A stretch of 32,177 nucleotides of DNA. Origin: Myxococcota bacterium (GTDB taxonomy: Bacteria > Myxococcota_A > Polyangia > Polyangiales > Houyiibacteriaceae). Both the position numbers and the translations under genes were made by a program. The stretch spans positions 1 to 32,177 of the forward strand of contig JBCCEA010000041.1 of assembly GCA_039030515.1 (NCBI GenBank), written 5' to 3'. Shown one piece after another: positions 25,568 to 32,177 of this stretch; positions within the stretch are counted from its first letter, which is position 1; every line of letters starts with the position of its first letter. The notes under the pieces are model-generated. The model searched no databases, had not been told where the DNA came from, and was given only the letters and a program-made list of their open reading frames with translations.

Positions 25568-27874
25568 GTGTCATCGAACAAGACTATCAAGCTAGACTTT
25601 GTTTCGGTCGGCCCCATGCGTGCGGGGACTACCTGGCTTCACGAGGCCTTGAGTCATCATCCCGCAGTTTCGCTTCCGGTTGAAAAAGAGACGTTTTTCT
25701 TTGATAGGAACTTCGATCAGCCTCAAGAATGGCACGAGGCACATTTTCGACGACCCCTCAAAGCATGCGTCGGAGAAGTGGGTGCTTCTTACTTCCATGG
25801 TGATGGAGTTCCGGATCGGATCTACAGATACAGCCCTGGGTGCCGTATGATCATCCACCTTCGAGATCCTGTAGACCGAGCCTGGTCCACATTTGATCAT
25901 TTTCTGCGGCGCGGCATGGTACCTCAAGAGCTCCCGCGGGCGATCAAAGTGAAACCGGAAATACTTGAAGCCAGTCGGTATTCAGTATATCTCCCTCGCT
26001 GGACAGAGACTTTTGGTGCAGAGCGCATTCACTTTGTGTCGATGGACGCGATACGTGCACAGCCTGAACGCGTACTCGATGAGCTTTTGCATGTTCTGGG
26101 TCTAGCCAATATCGACGTGTCCTCTATTCCGCGAGGTCCAGTAAATGCCGCGTTTAGGCCACGCTCTCGTATTGTTCAGCGTATACAGCATGAACTATTT
26201 TGCGCGTTGCGAGATCGTCACTATTTTCATGCACTGTCCGCATTGAGACCGATCGCACGCAGGACGCGATCGTTCTGGCAAAAGTCAGCCTCTCCAAACG
26301 TGCCCAGCCAACGAGAGCTCGACTGGCTAAACCGAAATCTGGGTGACGAGCGGATATACTATCAGACGCTTTTATCCTCAGCGATCCAAGCGGAACTCGA
26401 TCATCCTCCAAGGTCTGTCGTAGCAAGCGAGCTCAGCACATCAGAATCTAGAAAACCTCGGTTTTTTTTAAAACCATCTTTCACAAAGGTACGGATATCT
26501 CCGGGATCCTTTGACGAACGAGATGCTTTGTTCAGTGACTCGAATGAGGACGACACAAGCCGCGTCTTGACCTCAACAGATGAAACGCGGACTACGGAAG
26601 TTTGGGTCACAACGGAGCAGCGATACCTTCGGTCGGACGACGGCGTGTTCGTCTCGGGTATCGAAGATGCAGACTTTTTCAGTCGTTATTTGCGCATCTT
26701 TACAAAGGTGAACGTGATAGCGAGAGTGACCCGTGTATCCGAAACTCCATCGGTACCGTATGTACGAGCCGAAGCTGCGCATATCGAGTTCTTTGACCTA
26801 CCGGCATTTCCCGATGTGCACGCTACACGAGGCGAAGTGCCATTTAGATGCGTCGCACTCGCGGATCGGATCCGGGCACTGATGTTTCTTTGGGGTAAGA
26901 AAACACGTTCGGAAGCCCAGGCTCCGGTCGTAATTCTTCGCTCTCCAGGGCTCGTGTGCTTTTGCGTTTGGCAAGGATTGAGGCTGCTCCCTAATTTCGC
27001 AAGACCGATTGTCGGGGCAGAAGTAGTTGCCGACCCAGACCAAGAATACGCCAGAGCAGCCATTGTATCCCGAGGTGCTTCTCTCTTACGCAGGACTGCA
27101 GTCAGGATGCTTGCAAATCAGTGCGAAAACAGCGACGGGGTTGCATATGTCACAGAGCATGCACTCCAGCAACTTTATCCACCGAAGTGCCGTTCCTTCA
27201 GTTACTCCAGCATCGATCTCGGCAGTTCCGCATTTGACCTTTCGACTCCCGTGAACGCGAGACTGAGTGCGCAGGACGATATGCTAAAGAAGGCCACCAT
27301 TGCATTCGTCGGCAATCTAGGCCGGCCACTCAAGGGGCTTGATGTGCTTCTCAACGCGATCGCGGCGATACCGGTGGATCTTCAGCCGAATCTTGCAGTG
27401 GTTGGAGATGGAGCGCTCAGAAAACAATATGAACTTCATGCGGAACAATTGGGCCTGCTCGATCGCGTAAAATTTCATGGACAATTACCTAAAGGAGACG
27501 CGGTGTATGCGGTGCTTGCAGACGCGGACCTTTTCGTGCTCCCAAGTCGGCGAGAGGGGTTGTCAAGGGCGGTGATCGAAGCGATGGCCGTTGGTTTACC
27601 CTGCCTGATGACTGAAGTTTGTGGTGCAGAAGAGTTACTTGCCAAACAAGACAGAGTCCCTATTGACGACGTATCTGCTTTGGCCAGTAAAATCGAGCAA
27701 ATGCTGCGGTCGCGGCAGCGGCGATGCCTTGCATCAGAACGCAATATTCAGCGGTCACGCAGGTATCAGCACGAGCTCATTCAACGGCAACGAGATTCGT
27801 TCTACCTATGGTTGAGGGACATTGCAGAGGTGAGTCGCTCCGGTCCGCCAAGGACGTATTTGAAAAAATACTGA
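25568..27874 (+). CDS. PAPS-dependent sulfotransferase fused to a GT4 glycosyltransferase
   Basis: N-terminal GPMRAGTTWL (5'-PSB loop), KETFFF, LRDPVDRAWS (3'-PB); Ser/Asp/Glu-rich linker; C-terminal FVGNL..KGLDVLL and FVLPSRREGLSRAVIEAM (EX7E). Confidence 0.85.
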   Translation: MSSNKTIKLDFVSVGPMRAGTTWLHEALSHHPAVSLPVEKETFFFDRNFDQPQEWHEAHFRRPLKACVGEVGASYFHGDGVPDRIYRYSPGCRMIIHLRDPVDRAWSTFDHFLRRGMVPQELPRAIKVKPEILEASRYSVYLPRWTETFGAERIHFVSMDAIRAQPERVLDELLHVLGLANIDVSSIPRGPVNAAFRPRSRIVQRIQHELFCALRDRHYFHALSALRPIARRTRSFWQKSASPNVPSQRELDWLNRNLGDERIYYQTLLSSAIQAELDHPPRSVVASELSTSESRKPRFFLKPSFTKVRISPGSFDERDALFSDSNEDDTSRVLTSTDETRTTEVWVTTEQRYLRSDDGVFVSGIEDADFFSRYLRIFTKVNVIARVTRVSETPSVPYVRAEAAHIEFFDLPAFPDVHATRGEVPFRCVALADRIRALMFLWGKKTRSEAQAPVVILRSPGLVCFCVWQGLRLLPNFARPIVGAEVVADPDQEYARAAIVSRGASLLRRTAVRMLANQCENSDGVAYVTEHALQQLYPPKCRSFSYSSIDLGSSAFDLSTPVNARLSAQDDMLKKATIAFVGNLGRPLKGLDVLLNAIAAIPVDLQPNLAVVGDGALRKQYELHAEQLGLLDRVKFHGQLPKGDAVYAVLADADLFVLPSRREGLSRAVIEAMAVGLPCLMTEVCGAEELLAKQDRVPIDDVSALASKIEQMLRSRQRRCLASERNIQRSRRYQHELIQRQRDSFYLWLRDIAEVSRSGPPRTYLKKY

Positions 27875-27902
27875 CGCGATCACGAACTCGCGGAGATCAG
27901 AC

Positions 27903-29087
27903 ATGCGAATATTGACTCTTATACAGGCGTATTTGCCAACAGTCGGCGGAATGATACGTTACAGCGCTGACGTTGTAGAACACCTGCGCACTCGAGGGCA
28001 TCAAGTAGATGTGCTTGCTCCAGCGCCAGGAACGCAAACAAGCCTGAGCCCGAGCAGCCAAGGAACCGTAATCAACGTACCCGCTTGGTTCCAGATCGAC
28101 TCTGCCGTTATCGCGCCGATGTACCCCACAGCATTTTGTGCTTTGGCCAAAGGGTACGACCTACTGCATTTCAACTTTCCTTCACCGATAGCTGAGCTTT
28201 CTCTGCTTGCGTTCTCGTCGCGATTAAAGCAAGTGCGGAAGGTCGTTACGTATCACTCTGACATCGTGCCTGCGAAACGATTCAGTGGTTTGTACAACAA
28301 ATTCATCACCCGTTCTTTCTTAGATTCTATGGACGACATCATCGTGACTTCGTCTCAGCTTTTGAATTCGTCGCCTCATTTGAAGGCTTTGAAAAGCCGA
28401 ACGCAAGTGATCCCTTTGGGTGTTCCCTCTAAGAAATTTGCCCTTCATTCGGTAAAGAAGAACATGAAAAGGCCCTTGCAAGTTCTCTTTGTGGGGCGGC
28501 TTTCACGGTACAAGGGGATCGACTACCTCATCGCCGCAATGCCTAAGCTGAACGCGGAGTTAAGAGTCGTTGGGGCGGGTCCCCTTGAAGCTTCCCTGCG
28601 AAGTCAGATTTCATCGCTTTCACTGCAAGAACGTATCACACTTCTTGGTAATATGTCTGAGTCCAAGTTGATTTCGGAATACCACGCGGCAGATGTGCTC
28701 GTACTGCCATCTACCGATTCGGCGGAAGCGTTCGGCTACGTTTTGATCGAAGCGATGATGGCTCGCTGTGCGGTCGTATCGACAGAACTCGGCACCGGTA
28801 CGTCGTTCGTCAACCAACATGGAGAGACCGGTTTCGTCCTGCCACCAAAGGACTCTGCTGCCATTCATCGGGCGCTGACCAAGCTAGACAGAGATCGCGG
28901 ACTGCTAAAAGACTATCAGGGAAACGCATACAATCGAGCTATAAAGCATTTTGGAATTGAATGTATGTTGGAGATGACGGCCAACCTTTTTGAAGGTGAT
29001 TCCAATAAGTCCTCGGATTTAGGTATATGCAGTACGAAGGCAGTATCATCTGCGGCGCACGCACTAGATCAAGTCGTCACGACGTGA
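27903..29087 (+). CDS. GT4 glycosyltransferase
   Basis: YLPTVGG, VTYHSDIV, FVGRLSRYKG, VLPSTDSAEAFGYVLIEAM, TELGTGTSFVN. Confidence 0.92.
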   Translation: MRILTLIQAYLPTVGGMIRYSADVVEHLRTRGHQVDVLAPAPGTQTSLSPSSQGTVINVPAWFQIDSAVIAPMYPTAFCALAKGYDLLHFNFPSPIAELSLLAFSSRLKQVRKVVTYHSDIVPAKRFSGLYNKFITRSFLDSMDDIIVTSSQLLNSSPHLKALKSRTQVIPLGVPSKKFALHSVKKNMKRPLQVLFVGRLSRYKGIDYLIAAMPKLNAELRVVGAGPLEASLRSQISSLSLQERITLLGNMSESKLISEYHAADVLVLPSTDSAEAFGYVLIEAMMARCAVVSTELGTGTSFVNQHGETGFVLPPKDSAAIHRALTKLDRDRGLLKDYQGNAYNRAIKHFGIECMLEMTANLFEGDSNKSSDLGICSTKAVSSAAHALDQVVTT

Positions 29088-31693
29088 GACCGGAAAAACC
29101 AAGCGATTCAGTCAGCGATTCACCGGAGATGTTTCGTACGTCTGCGCATCGATCGAAACGGCGATTCTCGCGACGGCGAACCGCGCGACTTTTGAGTTCG
29201 CCCCTACGTGCCAAGAGCCACACGTACGCGAGCTCAGCGATCGCCTTTCGGTTTGGGATCGGTGCGATGGGTGCATCGATAGGTCTTGCTCCACTGCTTT
29301 TCGGAGGAACCTTCGGCTGGTCGGTTTCTGTAATTGCAGGGATTTCTTCGATGGCGGCGATGACCGTGCCAGAGGCGTTTTTCTCTAGAGCAGGACGGCA
29401 TTTGCCGCTTTTGGCTGTGGTGTGGGCCGTGGCGGTCCTATTCACATTGATCCAGGCCATACCTTTGCCGAACTCTTTGGTGGCGGCGCTCGCCCCCGAG
29501 AGCCTTGAACGCTGGTTACGTGCAGCGCACCTGCTCGAGCTCGAGGTGGAGTATGCCGCGCTATCGCGCGACCCAGGACAAACATTCGCCTACTTTATTC
29601 AGGCTTTAGGGCTGTTTAGCGTCTACATCTGTGCGTTCATTCTTGGAGCAGGAGGACAGTATCGCTTGGTGCTCACGATGGTCGGTTCCGCGGCTGCTAT
29701 CGTTTCGCTGATAAGCCTCGCGCACATGATTTTTGCCGCCGACGCGGTGTACGGCCTTTACAAACCGGTGCATGCGCGTCCCACCGTGCTCTCGCCACTT
29801 CTCAACAGCAATCATCTTGCGGGGCTGTCCCTTCTAGGAGTCCCGATTCTGGCGACGCTCGGCCTAGAAGGTCGCGATCCATATCGGTACGCATACGGCA
29901 CTGCAGCCATACTCACCGCTTCAACCTTATTACTTACGCTTTCCAGAGGTGGAATCGTCAGCTTCGCAGTCACCTCGGTGATCACTGTGGTTTGGGTCTC
30001 GGTGCTTCGTCGTCGACAGGGAAGGAAGAGTTCGGCAGTTGGGCTGATGTTCGTGCTTCTCGCGGGGGCCGGTCTAGGGATCTGGGCGGCTCGAGGTCTC
30101 AAGGAGGAGTTCGCAGACGCTAGCCAGAAAAAACTGGAGCTTCTCCTTAAATCGTTCGAGTTTATGCAAAGTTGCCCCTGGGTCGGCGTCGGTAGAGGTG
30201 GGTATTCCGCCGCATTTGTCGAATTCTACGGGAACGATCACCGAGCGCACTACGCGGAGAATCTCATCGCGCAGTGGATTTCAGAGTGGGGCGCCATCGT
30301 CGGCCCAGCGGTCTTACTCAGTTGCGCCATTACGTATGTTCTCGCGGCTAGAAACGCTCGGAATGCAGTTCAAGTCGGTGCTCTGACCGGACTGGGAGGC
30401 CTTGTCTTACAGAACATGGTGGATTTCAGTCTTGAGCTCTCCGGTGTGGCGACAGCAGGTGCGGCTACGCTTGGGGTGGTGACGTCTTTTGCGCGAAAAA
30501 AACTACCCCGTCTTCGGATTGCTCCCTTGAGGACGCATCGAGTGGCGCGACTCGTCGGCACTCTGTCTCTCGGTATAATTTTGTTTTTTGGGTGGAGCGT
30601 GCACCGTGACTCGCTGGTCACGGCTCAAGATCGCCTTGAGAAGTCGCTGGCCACCCCGGAGCTCTTTCAAGACGAATTGCGACGTGCGGTGCAGAAGCAT
30701 CCCTCCGAGCCTGTGTTGGCTCTGCTCGCAGGGCACGAGGCCAGGCGCAGGAACGACCCGATGGCGTTGAGGTGGCTGAGCCGCGCCATGGTGCTCGCCC
30801 CAAACTGGTCGAGCCCTCACGAAGAAGCAGCGTATGCCCTTTTTGCCAGAGGCGCGGTGGAACAAGCGCTAATTTCGCTTCGGGAAGCGCTCGAACGGGA
30901 TCCGTCGATCAAGTCAACGTTGCCTTGCGAAGTATTGAACCTTCGATCTCGCGCAGACCCTACCCTCGATCTTCTTCAGGCCGCGCGGGGAAGAGCCGCG
31001 TCGCGGATGCTCGAGCTGGCTGCAGTGTGTCTTGCCATCGATGCCGATGAAACCCGTCGATTGGATCAGAAGATCCTCTCCCTCGACCAGGACCATGCAC
31101 CGGCGAATCTTCGTGCGGCGCGCCGAGCACGTCGAAATGGAGATTCCGTGGAGGCTCTCGACAAGATATTCCGAGCGGTGCGTAGTGATCCGTCCTCACG
31201 TACAGCTCATCTTTTGCGTCTTGAGTTGCTTCTGGCAAGCCAACAATATCTTGCGGCAGCTCAAGCTGTCGAGTACGCGCAAAAACACCTCGACTCGGTT
31301 TGGGAATTAAAGGCGATGCTGGCAGTGGCCAAGGGAGATGTCGAGGCGATGAGGAGCGCAATTTCGGCTATGCGAGGTAGTGCATCAGAGTCTGCGTCTC
31401 GGCTCGCCAGGACCTATAGGTTTTTAGGAAAGATGGAACTCAAAATGGGCTACCAAGCGCGTGCGATGGCTGCCTATACTCGGGCCTACCGCATCGCTCG
31501 GGACTCTCAATCCCTCGACAAGGTTGCGAATCTGGCAGAACAATTGGGGGATCGTGCAACGCTACGCTGGGCACTCAAACGGCTATGTACGCAAGATTCA
31601 ACACCCCCTCGTGCCTGTAGCGGCCGATCGCCCGACGACTCTATCAAGCCGCGGTTCCCTCGAGCTGTGGTGCTATCAGGTTCATCGAACTAG
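29084..31693 (+). CDS. O-antigen ligase (WaaL/Wzy_C)-like membrane protein with C-terminal TPRs (start GTG 29084 or ATG 29129)
   Basis: Multi-TM N-terminal half with NSNHLAG, TLSRGG, PWVGVGRG and AENLIAQWISEWG; helical TPR-like C-terminal half; GTGA overlap with the upstream stop. Confidence 0.8.
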   Translation: MRPEKPSDSVSDSPEMFRTSAHRSKRRFSRRRTARLLSSPLRAKSHTYASSAIAFRFGIGAMGASIGLAPLLFGGTFGWSVSVIAGISSMAAMTVPEAFFSRAGRHLPLLAVVWAVAVLFTLIQAIPLPNSLVAALAPESLERWLRAAHLLELEVEYAALSRDPGQTFAYFIQALGLFSVYICAFILGAGGQYRLVLTMVGSAAAIVSLISLAHMIFAADAVYGLYKPVHARPTVLSPLLNSNHLAGLSLLGVPILATLGLEGRDPYRYAYGTAAILTASTLLLTLSRGGIVSFAVTSVITVVWVSVLRRRQGRKSSAVGLMFVLLAGAGLGIWAARGLKEEFADASQKKLELLLKSFEFMQSCPWVGVGRGGYSAAFVEFYGNDHRAHYAENLIAQWISEWGAIVGPAVLLSCAITYVLAARNARNAVQVGALTGLGGLVLQNMVDFSLELSGVATAGAATLGVVTSFARKKLPRLRIAPLRTHRVARLVGTLSLGIILFFGWSVHRDSLVTAQDRLEKSLATPELFQDELRRAVQKHPSEPVLALLAGHEARRRNDPMALRWLSRAMVLAPNWSSPHEEAAYALFARGAVEQALISLREALERDPSIKSTLPCEVLNLRSRADPTLDLLQAARGRAASRMLELAAVCLAIDADETRRLDQKILSLDQDHAPANLRAARRARRNGDSVEALDKIFRAVRSDPSSRTAHLLRLELLLASQQYLAAAQAVEYAQKHLDSVWELKAMLAVAKGDVEAMRSAISAMRGSASESASRLARTYRFLGKMELKMGYQARAMAAYTRAYRIARDSQSLDKVANLAEQLGDRATLRWALKRLCTQDSTPPRACSGRSPDDSIKPRFPRAVVLSGSSN

Positions 31694-31725
31694 AAGGGTG
31701 TGGCTCCATTGAGAGGATTGAATCG

Positions 31726-32177
31726 ATGAGCAAATCGGATATCGTCGGAGAAAAGCAAGAGGAAGAATCCCTGATCGACGTCGCGTCGTTCCTAAGGCTG
31801 CTCTGGCAGCAGAAATGGGTTCTGCTCGTCTCCACTGTTGCATTCAGCACGGTAGTCATGTTGTGGACTGCACGGCAGCCCAAGGTCTACGAGGCTATCG
31901 GCACACTGCAGTACGATCCGAATCCGCCTCGTCCGCTCCCCGGTAGCGTGGAGGATATCTCACAAGAAGCCCCCAGCTATCTGGGACAACAAGAGTTCTA
32001 CAAAACTCAAAATCAAATTCTATCGAGTCGTGTGCTGATGGAACGAGTGGTGGAACAGCTAGGGCTGCAGGCAAACCCTGATTTCCTATATATCCCTGAG
32101 GACGAGCGCGATGCTTGGGAAGGCGCCTCGATTTCGGAAGCAGCACTCGCTCTTCAGCTACGACTTGGTGTTCGTCA
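31726..32177 (+). CDS. Wzc/GumC polysaccharide co-polymerase (chain-length determinant), 3'-truncated at the window edge
   Basis: Manual translation MSKSDIVGEKQEEESLIDVASFLRLLWQQKWVLL...RQPKVYEAIGTLQYDP...FYKTQNQILSSRVLMERVVEQLGL; GAGAGGA Shine-Dalgarno at 31711-31717; frame open to the end. Confidence 0.88.
   Translation, partial: MSKSDIVGEKQEEESLIDVASFLRLLWQQKWVLLVSTVAFSTVVMLWTARQPKVYEAIGTLQYDPNPPRPLPGSVEDISQEAPSYLGQQEFYKTQNQILSSRVLMERVVEQLGLQANPDFLYIPEDERDAWEGASISEAALALQLRLGVR

Overview
GC-rich bacterial chromosomal window. Gene content (eukaryote-like Ser/Thr kinase, large TPR proteins, Deg2-like protease) suggests Myxococcota/Polyangia; this is an inference. The left ~17.6 kb is mostly housekeeping and envelope genes: a Deg2/Deg9-like HtrA protease, a degenerate HD protein, metG, add, trpS, a VOC/methylmalonyl-CoA epimerase-like gene, an outer-membrane barrel protein, a two-gene HTTM module, and a rel - Ser/Thr kinase - NlpI-like TPR lipoprotein run. 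The right ~14.6 kb is a surface-polysaccharide locus: wzx and wzy on the minus strand, divergent from a PglF/WbpM-type dehydratase, pseB, pseC, a sulfotransferase-GT4 fusion, a GT4, an O-antigen-ligase-like/TPR protein and a Wzc/GumC protein cut off at the window edge. The strongest novelty candidate is a sulfated glycan pathway in which pseB-pseC are followed by the sulfotransferase-glycosyltransferase fusion instead of pseH/G/I/F. Four unrelated 17-21 nt intergenic tandem repeats and one 60-nt in-frame duplication are also visible. No rRNA, tRNA, CRISPR array or transposase was recognised.
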